This document shows, one piece after another, positions 6,771 to 14,950 of a DNA stretch of 32,879 nt. The notes below the pieces were generated by a model, which saw nothing but the letters and a program-made list of their open reading frames with translations, did not search any database and had not been told where the DNA came from. This DNA comes from an uncultured Anaerolineales bacterium (GTDB lineage: Bacteria > Chloroflexota > Anaerolineae > B4-G1), in NCBI GenBank assembly GCA_964420485.1, contig CAYQTW010000001.1:1-32879 (forward strand), written 5' to 3'. The position numbers and the translations under genes are program-made. The first letter of the stretch is position 1; every line of letters begins with the position of its first letter.

Positions 6771-8492
6771 ATGGAAAAGCCGTGGTTGGCTCACTACGAG
6801 GAGGGCGTCTCAGCCGAAGCGCAGATACCGGACTACCCGGTCACCCAGAACCTCATCAACGCTGCCAAAAAGTATCCCCATAACACAGCACTGATTTTCG
6901 GCAACGTGGTCGAGCCTCTGGGAAACGCACTGATGGACGCCCAGATGGACTATCAGACGCTGCTCGACCTGACGTATCGTTTCGCTGCCGCGCTGCAACA
7001 GATGGGAGTCAAGAAAGGCGACCGGGTGGCTATCCACCTCGCCAATTGTCCCCAATTCCTCATCGCCTACTATGCCACACTGATGGTCGGTGGTATAGTC
7101 GTGCCGTGTAATCCCCAGTACGTGGCCCGCGAGATGAAGCACCAGTTGAACGACTCCGGCGCAGAGACCATCATCACCCTCAGCCTGACATACCCCATCG
7201 TGAAGCAGGTTCGCGCCCAGACCTCGCTCAAGCGTGTCATCGTCACCAACATCAAAGAGTACTTTCCCGGCCTGCTCAAGTTCCTGTTCACCGTCGCCAC
7301 GGAAAAGAAGGAAGGGCACTATCAGGACATCTCCGGCGACGCGAACACCTATTGGTTCCAGGATGTCCTCGACAAAGCGCCTGCCAGACCCACGCCGGTG
7401 GAGATTGACGTGCAGGACACCGCCATCCTGATGTACACTGGCGGCACCACCGGCCTATCCAAGGCCGCGCAACTCACCCACCGCAACGTCCAGGCCAACA
7501 CGGTGCAAGTCCGCACCTGGTTCCCCACGCTCGTCGAGGGGAAGGAAATTGTCCTGACTTCGCTACCCTTGTTCCACTGTTATGGCGCGATCACCTGCAT
7601 GAACCTGGGCGTGCTGCTCGCGGGTAGCATGATCCTGATCCCCAACCCGCGCGTGCTGCCCCACATCCTCAAGTCCATCAACAAGCACCGCCCCACCCTC
7701 TACCCCGGCGTACCGGCCCTTTACGTCTCTCTCATCAACCACCCCGACATTAACAAATACGACGTCAGTTCCATCAAAGCCTGCATCAGTGGGGCGGCGC
7801 CTCTGCCGGTCGAGGTGCAGCAAAAGTTCCAGGAAATCACCGGCGGGCGGCTGGTGGAGGGGTACGGCCTCAGCGAAGCCACCCCAGTCACCCACGCCAA
7901 CCCCATCTATGGTGAGAACCGCGTCGGAACCATCGGCCTGCCCTTCCCCAGCACTGAGGCCAAGGTTATGGACGCTGAAACCGGGACGCAGGAAATGCCG
8001 GTGGGCGAGGTCGGCGAACTGGTCATCCGGGGGCCGCAGGTGATGAAGGGCTACTGGCAAATGCCCACTGAGACGGCCAACGTCCTGCGCGACGGTTGGC
8101 TCTACACGGGCGATATGGCCCGTATGGACGCGGACGGCTACTTTCAGATCGTGGACCGCAAGAAGGACATGATCCTGGGCGCGGGTGGGTTCAACATCTA
8201 TCCCCGCGAGGTCGAGGAGGTGCTGTACCAGCATCCCAAGGTCCAGGAATGTGCCGTGGCGGGCGTGCCGGTCAAGGACAAGGGCGAGCGGGTGAAAGCC
8301 TTTATCGTTCTCAAAAGGGGCGAGACGTCCACCGAGAAAGAGATGATAGAGTTCTGCCGCCAGAACATGGCCCGCTACAAGGTACCCAAGTTCATCGAGT
8401 TCCGCGACGAACTGCCCAAGACGATGGTCGGCAAGGTTCTACGGCGCGTGTTGGTCGAGGAGGAAAAGAAGAAACTGGCCGAGCAAGCGTAG
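6771..8492 (+). CDS. fadD: Long-chain fatty acid--CoA ligase (AMP-binding enzyme)
   Basis: AMP-binding motif LMYTGGTTGLSKAAQLTHRN, GYGLSEATP, YTGDMARMDADGYFQIVDRKKDMI, C-terminal ...LPKTMVGKVLRR. Confidence 0.93.
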   Translation: MEKPWLAHYEEGVSAEAQIPDYPVTQNLINAAKKYPHNTALIFGNVVEPLGNALMDAQMDYQTLLDLTYRFAAALQQMGVKKGDRVAIHLANCPQFLIAYYATLMVGGIVVPCNPQYVAREMKHQLNDSGAETIITLSLTYPIVKQVRAQTSLKRVIVTNIKEYFPGLLKFLFTVATEKKEGHYQDISGDANTYWFQDVLDKAPARPTPVEIDVQDTAILMYTGGTTGLSKAAQLTHRNVQANTVQVRTWFPTLVEGKEIVLTSLPLFHCYGAITCMNLGVLLAGSMILIPNPRVLPHILKSINKHRPTLYPGVPALYVSLINHPDINKYDVSSIKACISGAAPLPVEVQQKFQEITGGRLVEGYGLSEATPVTHANPIYGENRVGTIGLPFPSTEAKVMDAETGTQEMPVGEVGELVIRGPQVMKGYWQMPTETANVLRDGWLYTGDMARMDADGYFQIVDRKKDMILGAGGFNIYPREVEEVLYQHPKVQECAVAGVPVKDKGERVKAFIVLKRGETSTEKEMIEFCRQNMARYKVPKFIEFRDELPKTMVGKVLRRVLVEEEKKKLAEQA

Positions 8493-8532
8493 AGGCGCGG
8501 AGACCACACCTCTACCCCCGGATGTACCAAAA

Positions 8533-8557
8533 GGCGGAGCCTGTTGGCTCCGCCTTT
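8533..8557. terminator. Bidirectional intrinsic terminator between the convergent acyl-CoA ligase and ftsH genes
   Basis: ggcggagcc-tgtt-ggctccgcc is a 9-bp GC-rich stem. It is preceded by aaaa and followed by ttt. Confidence 0.65.
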
Positions 8558-8680
8558 GATCACTTACAGCCATCGTCGGGCTTGCTAATCGTTTTCGATC
8601 TCGGCGATAAGCCGCTCAATCTGTATCCGCGTCACAGAGTAACTCTCCGTACTTTAGAATCAACTTTCCCATCTTACCCC

Positions 8681-10630
8681 TCACGCCGGGGCCGGCACAG
8701 TGGGCATGTCTAGCACGGGTTTGCGTCGCCTGGGAGCCGGCTGCGCGACCGGTTGTCTGACGGTAGGCACAGGCACAGGGGGCGGGCTCTCCGGGGCTTC
8801 TGGCTCTTTCTCTGGGACACCATCGAACAGAGCAACGAACTCGTCGGCATCCAGTGTCTCGACCTCTATCAGATGCTGCACGATCCGCTCTAACTGCTCC
8901 CGGTGGCGCGTCAGGACATCCCTGGCCCGTTCGTGGGCCTCGTGGACAATTTTGCGCACTTCCTCATCAATCTCCTGGGCGACCGCCTCGCTATAGTCCC
9001 GCTGCTCGCCAATCTCTTTGCCCAGAAAGACCAGTTCCTCTTTCTGACCAAAGGTCATCGGCCCCAACTTGTCGCTCATCCCATAGCGCGTCACCATGGA
9101 GCGGGCCAGTTCCGTCACCCGCTCCAGGTCATTGGCTGCCCCAGTAGTCACGTCTCCGAATACCAACTCCTCGGCTGTTCGCCCGCCCAGCGCGAACGCC
9201 AGTTCATCCCTGAACTTTGTTTTGCTCACAATGCGCCGGTCCTCCTCCGGCAGTGCTATGGTGTAGCCAGAGGCCATCCCACGCGCCACAATGGAGACCT
9301 TGTGTACTGGATCACATTTGGGTAGTACGTGGGCCACCACCGCGTGCCCGGCCTCGTGGTAGGCTGTGATCTGTTTCTCTTCGTCAGAGATCAGGCGACT
9401 CTTGCGCTCCGGCCCGGCGATCACGCGCTCAATTGACTCCTCAAACTCGGGCATCTCGATAACTTTTTTGTCGTTGCGGGCAGCCAGGATCGCCGCTTCG
9501 TTGACCATGTTTTCGATGTCAGCCCCTACAAAGCCTGGGGTGATTTTTGCCAATTTTTTCAGGTCCACATCCTCACCTACCGGCTTGCCGCGCACATGTA
9601 CTTTTAGGATCTCCTCGCGTCCCTTGACGTCCGGCCTGTCGAGCACGACGCGCCGATCAAAGCGGCCGGGTCGAAGCAGCGCCGGATCCAGAATGTCGGG
9701 GCGATTAGTAGCCGCTGTGATGATCACATTCGTGTCGGTGTCAAATCCGTCCATCTCGACCAGGATCTGATTCAGCGTCTGCTCCCGCTCGTCGTGGGAG
9801 CCGCCCAGACCAGCGCCTCGGTGGCGGCCAACGGCATCTATTTCGTCCAAAAAAATTATGCAAGGGCTGTGCCGCTTGGCCTGCTCGAACAGGTCACGTA
9901 CCCGGGAGGCCCCCACACCGACGAACATTTCCACAAACTCTGAGCCAGAAATGGAGAAGAAGGGCACCCCTGCCTCGCCCGACACCGCCTTGGCCAAAAG
10001 AGTCTTGCCCGTGCCCGGAGCACCCACCAGCAGCACGCCTTTGGGAATACGGGCCCCCAGTTGAACGAATTTCTCCGGCTCTTTGAGAAATTCGACCACC
10101 TCGCGCAGTCCCTCCTTGGCCTCCTCCACTCCTGCCACATCCTCAAAGGTGATTGATGGCTGGTCGCCGGTGTACATCCGAGCCCGGCTCTTGCCAAAGG
10201 AGAGTGCTTGATTGTTCGCGCCCTGGAACTGGCGCAGTATCATGTAGCCCCCCACCATCATAGCTACCAGCAGCAAGAGCGAACCGCCGGTGCTCAACAG
10301 AGACACCCAATCCGGTGGCTGCACCGGGTCAATCACAATACTCTTTAACTCTTCCTTGGTCACCCCCAGGTTCAGTAATTGCTCAGTGACCGTGGACGCA
10401 GATTCCTTGTGCGAAACGATCTCTTCGCCATTCCCGAGCTCGACAAAAAGGGTATTTCCTTCCACGCGGATGCCGGTAATCTTGCCCTCTCGCACCATCG
10501 CCGCCACTTCCGAGAACTTTATTCGCGGCACATCCTCTGCCTGCTGCGAGTAGAAATTGTACATCAGAAACGCAGCAGCGACAAGGATGATCAAATAGAT
10601 AAACGTGCCCCCTCTTGACTTGGAATTCAC
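8681..10630 (-). CDS. ftsH: ATP-dependent zinc metalloprotease FtsH
   Basis: Walker [14 protein letters not shown], Walker [13 protein letters not shown], zinc site HEAGHAV. Start proposed at GTG 10630 ([16 protein letters not shown]...) because ggagg lies 6 nt upstream. The ORF track start (GTG 10705) adds 25 residues with no good SD. Confidence 0.93.
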   Translation of the reverse strand: MNSKSRGGTFIYLIILVAAAFLMYNFYSQQAEDVPRIKFSEVAAMVREGKITGIRVEGNTLFVELGNGEEIVSHKESASTVTEQLLNLGVTKEELKSIVIDPVQPPDWVSLLSTGGSLLLLVAMMVGGYMILRQFQGANNQALSFGKSRARMYTGDQPSITFEDVAGVEEAKEGLREVVEFLKEPEKFVQLGARIPKGVLLVGAPGTGKTLLAKAVSGEAGVPFFSISGSEFVEMFVGVGASRVRDLFEQAKRHSPCIIFLDEIDAVGRHRGAGLGGSHDEREQTLNQILVEMDGFDTDTNVIITAATNRPDILDPALLRPGRFDRRVVLDRPDVKGREEILKVHVRGKPVGEDVDLKKLAKITPGFVGADIENMVNEAAILAARNDKKVIEMPEFEESIERVIAGPERKSRLISDEEKQITAYHEAGHAVVAHVLPKCDPVHKVSIVARGMASGYTIALPEEDRRIVSKTKFRDELAFALGGRTAEELVFGDVTTGAANDLERVTELARSMVTRYGMSDKLGPMTFGQKEELVFLGKEIGEQRDYSEAVAQEIDEEVRKIVHEAHERARDVLTRHREQLERIVQHLIEVETLDADEFVALFDGVPEKEPEAPESPPPVPVPTVRQPVAQPAPRRRKPVLDMPTVPAPA

Positions 10631-10706
10631 ACTTTGCCTCCACTTCAAGTCCGTAAATTCTAAATTCCCCCAGGGCATTATACCAGAAATTACCGGATAC
10701 GCCACC

Positions 10707-12614
10707 TCAAGGCTGTATCTGTACCTCAGTGATCAAAATGCTGCCCGCATCGGCCGTCGTGAGACCGGCATCCACGACCGTGAGACGGGAACTGGGTTGT
10801 CCCTGGGGATACATCCCGGTGCGCAACTGGTACCCGCCCGCCATCTGGCCGGCCGGGATGGTAACGAGGTGCGGGTCTACGACCTCCACACCGGGCGCCC
10901 ACGTTGTCGTGGGGATGACCGGCTCCACGTCCTGCTGCGCCACCAGGCCACCGTCGGGGCCGATGAGGTGTACGAACACGACGTAAGGCGTGCTGATGGA
11001 ATGTAGCGCCCGCCAGTGCAACGTGACCGCGATCACCTCACCTGGCTGAAACGCCATGTGCTGCAATTCGGCGCTCTCCAGTATGATCTGATCGGCCAGG
11101 CCGACCTGGAGCGGAATGGGAGCATCCACACCTGCGCTCACGGTCAACGTCACCGTGTCGCCGGCGTGGATCGTTGTGCCCGGCCCAGGCTCCTGCGTTA
11201 TCACCATCCCTTCCGGCTGCGTACTCCACACCGTACTGCTGATGACCCGCAGGCCATCCGACTCGAGACCGGCTCGCACCACCTCCACCGAGTAACCCAC
11301 TACGGGAGGCATCGCCAGTTCCCGCCCCGGGCCACTCACGACGACAGCGACCTCTGAGTCAGGAGGGACGAGTTCGCTAGAAGCCGGCCTCTGTGCCAGC
11401 ACAATCCCTTTTTCGACGCCTGGCTCGTACCGCTCTTCCAGCAACACAAAGCGCAATCCGGCCTGCTCCACCGCCCTTTGTGCGTCATCCACTGCCATCT
11501 CCACCAGGGGCGGCACCAGGATCAACTGCACCGCCGGCGTCAAAGTGACCACAGGCTGAGACGTGGTCGGGGGTGGCGGAGGTGACGGAGCAAACAAAAG
11601 TTGGTAGGCCCCCCACCATAGAGGAATGAGGCCCCCCACAGCGACGAACGCAATTATCCCCAGTACCCACGCCAGTCTATCGAGGGCCGTCTGTGACACG
11701 GCGTGCGGTTCAGCCTCGACGGTGTAACCCGGAGACGGTAGGGGCGGGGTTCCCCCGCCATTACGGGCTATTGGTTGCCATCCAGTCCTCTGCTCGCCGC
11801 GCTCACGGTACTCCTCGATGACGTGGGCCAACTGGCCGGCGGTACGGTAGCGTGCCGAGGGCTCCTTGGCTAACACCTTGCGAACGATCCACTCCAGTTG
11901 AGGCGGCACCCGGGGATTGCGGACCGCCAGGGGGGGCGGGTCCTCACGCATGTGCATCAGTGCCAGCGCAGTGGGGTTTTCGGCCTGGAAGGGCGGCGAC
12001 CCGGCCAGCATCTCGTACATCACGACGCCGATGCTGTAGACGTCGGACGCCGGAGAGGGCGGCTCTCCCGCCGCCTGCTCGGGCGAAAAGTAGAGCGGAC
12101 TGCCCCACACCGTCTCCGATTCGGTGAGACCGGCTTCAGAAAGCGCCCGCGCAATGCCAAAGTCAGTTACCTTGGCCCGCCCGTCTTGGGTCACCAGCAC
12201 GTTCTGAGGTTTGATGTCGCAGTGAATGACGCCGGCCTGGTGCGCGTGCCCTACACCGGCACAGATCTGGATCACAATGTCCAGAGTCTCATCAACACCC
12301 AGACGGCCTTTCTGACGAATCAACGCCTTGAGGTCCTGACCATCCACGTATTCCATCACAATGTAATGCCGGTCGCCATCCTGACCCACGTCATACACCG
12401 TGACGATGGCGGGATGCTCGAGGTTAGCCGCGGCTCGAGCCTCCCGCTGGAAGCGGGCCAGAAACGCCGGGTCGCCGGCGAACCCCTCGCGTAACACCTT
12501 TACCGCCACCCGGCGCTGGAGCAGTGTGTCCACTCCCTGGTACACAACTGCCATCCCACCAGAACCGATCAATTCTAACAGACGATAACGATTGTTGAGC
12601 AACACAGGTTCCAT
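10707..12614 (-). CDS. pknB: Ser/Thr protein kinase with TM segment, two PASTA domains and an extra C-terminal extracellular domain
   Basis: Hanks kinase motifs (GSGGMAVVY, VAVKVL, HCDIKPQN, DFGIA, SPEQ). TM segment LAWVLGIIAFVAVGGLIPLWWGAY. Two PASTA-like units (...DDAQRAVEQAGLRF... and ...VEVVRAGLESDGLRV...). About 140 aa of C-terminal domain. Confidence 0.92.
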   Translation of the reverse strand: MEPVLLNNRYRLLELIGSGGMAVVYQGVDTLLQRRVAVKVLREGFAGDPAFLARFQREARAAANLEHPAIVTVYDVGQDGDRHYIVMEYVDGQDLKALIRQKGRLGVDETLDIVIQICAGVGHAHQAGVIHCDIKPQNVLVTQDGRAKVTDFGIARALSEAGLTESETVWGSPLYFSPEQAAGEPPSPASDVYSIGVVMYEMLAGSPPFQAENPTALALMHMREDPPPLAVRNPRVPPQLEWIVRKVLAKEPSARYRTAGQLAHVIEEYRERGEQRTGWQPIARNGGGTPPLPSPGYTVEAEPHAVSQTALDRLAWVLGIIAFVAVGGLIPLWWGAYQLLFAPSPPPPPTTSQPVVTLTPAVQLILVPPLVEMAVDDAQRAVEQAGLRFVLLEERYEPGVEKGIVLAQRPASSELVPPDSEVAVVVSGPGRELAMPPVVGYSVEVVRAGLESDGLRVISSTVWSTQPEGMVITQEPGPGTTIHAGDTVTLTVSAGVDAPIPLQVGLADQIILESAELQHMAFQPGEVIAVTLHWRALHSISTPYVVFVHLIGPDGGLVAQQDVEPVIPTTTWAPGVEVVDPHLVTIPAGQMAGGYQLRTGMYPQGQPSSRLTVVDAGLTTADAGSILITEVQIQP

Positions 12615-12768
12615 CGTCTTAACTCCAACAGTAGCCCGACTCGCTCGTCACGTTTCACGCCTGGTATTGTACTCCAAATCGGCACTGTCGGCAAGAGAGC
12701 GTTTCACGTTGGGCTGCTGCTTCAACCCATCGCCCTGTCCGTCTACAGGCAGGCTTGACAGGAAATTT

Positions 12769-14451
12769 TTTGTTAGCGCGCCAAAGTGGTGTGATACCCG
12801 AGCGCCGTTCAGGCTACCCAAATCAGCGAAATGGTGTATCATCAGGCCAATCATTCCACCCCAGGGCGAAGCACCAAGGAGGGAGACATGAGCCGCGTAG
12901 GCCTGATGGTATATCGAATTGACGATTCTGCTCAGGGGGAACAACTGAGCGAACTGGCCTCGTTTGAAATGCCAGAGGTGGGCGAGATTGCCTGGACTCC
13001 CCAAACCTATCTGGACAATCTGGAGCGAGAGGTCATGGTCAAGGGATGGGAAGCGATGCGGGCTTTGATGGTCGGTCAGTGGCAACTGACCGATGAGATG
13101 ATGGTGTCTCAGTATTGTGAGCAAGCCCCAGAAACGACGCGCGATGGCCATGACCCCCTGAAAGTGGCTTGCCGGCTGGGCCTGATATGGCTTCCCCGCC
13201 AGGAGTGCTACGATTCTAGTCGACAGTCGCACGTCATGCCAGGGAACGAGTCGCTGCCCGAGCACAATGGAATGGTCACCGCCCGAGGTCTGCAAGAGTG
13301 AGTCTGTCTGTTGCCCCAGGATGTTCCTTTCGAGACCGCCCAGCGGTTGCTGGGTTGGATGACCCACGAGCCCAAAGTGCTGTCGGCTACCCAAGGACGG
13401 CGTTTGGTGCGCCAGCACGGTCAAATCATCCGTGAGGCGGAGCAAGTCGAGGTAGAGGCACTGCTGGAACGCGGCGACTTGACTGGCCTGAAGCCCAATC
13501 TGGTGCCCTCTAATACACCTCGGCGAAAAGCCGCTTGGCCCGCCGAACTGAATGCGGCTGTGGAAACAGCTCTGGCCTCTTCTGACTCTCAACCACCTGA
13601 AGGGGTATCCACGGTGGACTGGGAGCGCGTGTTGGAAGCACGGAAGGCCAAACAGGACACCTCGGTCAGCAAACTCCGCAAGCTGGGGCCGGAGATTCAG
13701 CCTGACCAGATTGTAGCCGCCACGGACGATGTCGAGGTGCGACGGCCGGAACGACGCAGATGGTGGTCGCTGCGCACGGCGCACATTGCCACTACAGCAG
13801 GCTATCGCTATCTGAGCGGCTCTGGCGAAATGGTACTCCAGCAACTGTACCTGCTCATCTTGCTGTGTGGCGGCACAACGGCTTTGCTCACCTTGCTGGG
13901 TGACGGTGCCTGCTGGATTCGCACCTTCTTTGCTGAACGTCTGGCTCACTTGCCTCATAAGGAACTGATCTTGGACTGGTGGCATCTCCGGAAGAGATGC
14001 TATGAAATGACCAGCATGATCTGCCGAGGACGCAAGGCGAAGGCCATCTTATTAGGCCGCTTGCTGATTCGGCTGTGGCGGGGCCAGCTAGATGAAGCCA
14101 TAGAGTGTCTCGAAGCATACCGCCCTGAAGCCAAGAACGAAAAGAAACTCGACGAACTCATCAACTACCTATCCGCACGGCGTCCCTACATTCCCAACTA
14201 CAAGGAACGCCGTGCGAAACGACAGTTCATTGGCAGCGGTCGTGGCGAAAAGGCCAATGACTTGTTGGTGTCTCGCCGTCAAAAGAAGAAAAGAATGCAT
14301 TGGAGTTGGGAAACGAGCAATGCTCTAGCCGCACTCAGGACCTTGCTCCTCAATGGCGGATGGGACCTGTACTGGCAAGAGTGTCAGGTACTGCCCCTGG
14401 CTGTTCCGGTGAGTGCCCCAACTTGGCCCATCGGTTTGGCGCGCTACCAAA
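12769..14451 (+). mobile_element. ISKra4-family-like insertion sequence (about 1.68 kb)
   Basis: Terminal inverted repeats TTTGtTAGCGCGCCAAA (12769-12785) and TTTGGCGCGCTAcCAAA (14435-14451) match at 16/17 positions. They enclose a transposase frame with a DDE-type ISKra4-like region (LLGDGACWIRTFF...ELILDWWHLRKR...). No target-site duplication could be established. Confidence 0.65.
12888..13301 (+). CDS. ISKra4-like transposase, N-terminal segment (ends at in-frame TGA 13299-13301)
   Basis: ATG 12888 is preceded by aaggaggg. Same reading frame as 13311-14600, separated from it only by TGA plus 3 codons. Confidence 0.6.
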   Translation: MSRVGLMVYRIDDSAQGEQLSELASFEMPEVGEIAWTPQTYLDNLEREVMVKGWEAMRALMVGQWQLTDEMMVSQYCEQAPETTRDGHDPLKVACRLGLIWLPRQECYDSSRQSHVMPGNESLPEHNGMVTARGLQE

Positions 14452-14600
14452 TTCTTCACCGGCGAAGCCGGCCAGGTGCGCATGGCCGAGGGAGGAACAG
14501 CGACGCCCTCGATGATCGAATACGCCAACTCCGAGGCCTTCCTCGACCCGACCCAACCGCCCGCGCACCGGGAAGTGTTGATCTCCTACACCCCGGATGA
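13311..14600 (+). CDS. ISKra4-like transposase, C-terminal catalytic segment. The frame runs through the right IR into flanking DNA.
   Basis: ...TLLGDGACWIRTFFAERLAHLPHKELILDWWHLRKRCYE...GSGRGEKANDLLVSRRQKKKRMHWSWETSNALAALRTLLLNGGWDLYW resembles ISKra4-family transposases. No stop codon lies before the IS end at 14451. Probably part of a nonsense-interrupted gene. Confidence 0.6.
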   Translation: MPQDVPFETAQRLLGWMTHEPKVLSATQGRRLVRQHGQIIREAEQVEVEALLERGDLTGLKPNLVPSNTPRRKAAWPAELNAAVETALASSDSQPPEGVSTVDWERVLEARKAKQDTSVSKLRKLGPEIQPDQIVAATDDVEVRRPERRRWWSLRTAHIATTAGYRYLSGSGEMVLQQLYLLILLCGGTTALLTLLGDGACWIRTFFAERLAHLPHKELILDWWHLRKRCYEMTSMICRGRKAKAILLGRLLIRLWRGQLDEAIECLEAYRPEAKNEKKLDELINYLSARRPYIPNYKERRAKRQFIGSGRGEKANDLLVSRRQKKKRMHWSWETSNALAALRTLLLNGGWDLYWQECQVLPLAVPVSAPTWPIGLARYQILHRRSRPGAHGRGRNSDALDDRIRQLRGLPRPDPTARAPGSVDLLHPG

Positions 14601-14748
14601 GATTTACTACTACCCGACCATCCCCGACATGGGCAAGATGTGGGACGCCTGGGGCCAGGAACTGGGCGAGATGTGGCTGGGCCAGAAATCGGTCCAAGAC
14701 AGCGTCACAGCCTTCTGTGAGCGGATCGAGCCTGCTCTGCCCAAATAG
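14452..14748 (+). pseudogene. 3' fragment (about 98 codons) of an ABC-transporter extracellular solute-binding protein gene, truncated at the IS right end
   Basis: FFTGEAGQVRMAEGG...LISYTPDEIYYYPTIPDMGKMWDAWGQELGEMWLGQKSVQDSVTAFCERIEPALPK* resembles the C-terminal end of family-1 sugar SBPs. It starts exactly at the IS boundary. No matching 5' part lies left of the IS. Confidence 0.5.
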
Positions 14749-14771
14749 TCTGTCTTTGGCCTATCAGTCAA

Positions 14772-14805
14772 GAAGGGCACATGTTGGTTCTAGCATGTGC
14801 CCTTC
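14772..14805 (+). terminator. Hairpin downstream of the SBP fragment (terminator-like)
   Basis: gaagggcacatg - 10-nt loop - catgtgcccttc is a 12-bp perfect stem. The downstream T-tract is weak (attcgt). Confidence 0.45.
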
Positions 14806-14817
14806 ATTCGTACTGAC

Positions 14818-14845
14818 TTGACAATGTTAGATTCCCGATTACACT
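14818..14845 (+). promoter_or_regulatory. Candidate sigma70-like promoter for the GH130/GT pair
   Basis: TTGACA (14818-14823), 16-nt spacer, TACACT (14840-14845). Confidence 0.4.
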
Positions 14846-14870
14846 AGATCGAATTTAGATGAAACGACTC

Positions 14871-14903
14871 CGAATCCGTCAATCCTCCCAATCCGTGTTC
14901 TAC
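14871..14903 (+). repeat. Solo arm of the ATCCG..AATCCTGCCAATCCGTGTTCT repeat family
   Basis: cgaatccgtcaatcctcccaatccgtgttctac matches the arms at 20511-20605, 24462-24523 and 26869-26938. Confidence 0.7.
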
Positions 14904-14950
14904 CGTCGCTTGCAGTGACAAGGGCGGATGACAACTGACGAAAGGAAAGA

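Noticed and set aside
10631-10705. 25-codon N-terminal extension of ftsH (GTG 10705)
   Set aside because: GTG 10630 has a ggagg SD at optimal spacing and gives a typical short cytoplasmic N-terminus before TM1. The longer form cannot be excluded.
12648-13985. 445-aa ORF on the minus strand
   Set aside because: It is entirely antisense to the transposase frame, which has recognisable ISKra4-like motifs and a strong SD. The translation has no recognisable motifs. Such long antisense ORFs are typical of GC-rich DNA.
12755-14460. Target-site duplication for the ISKra4-like IS (aaatt on both sides)
   Set aside because: The two aaatt pentamers are at unequal distances from the inverted-repeat cores (6 nt versus 2 nt). 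They cannot both be flush with the element ends, so the TSD is left unresolved.
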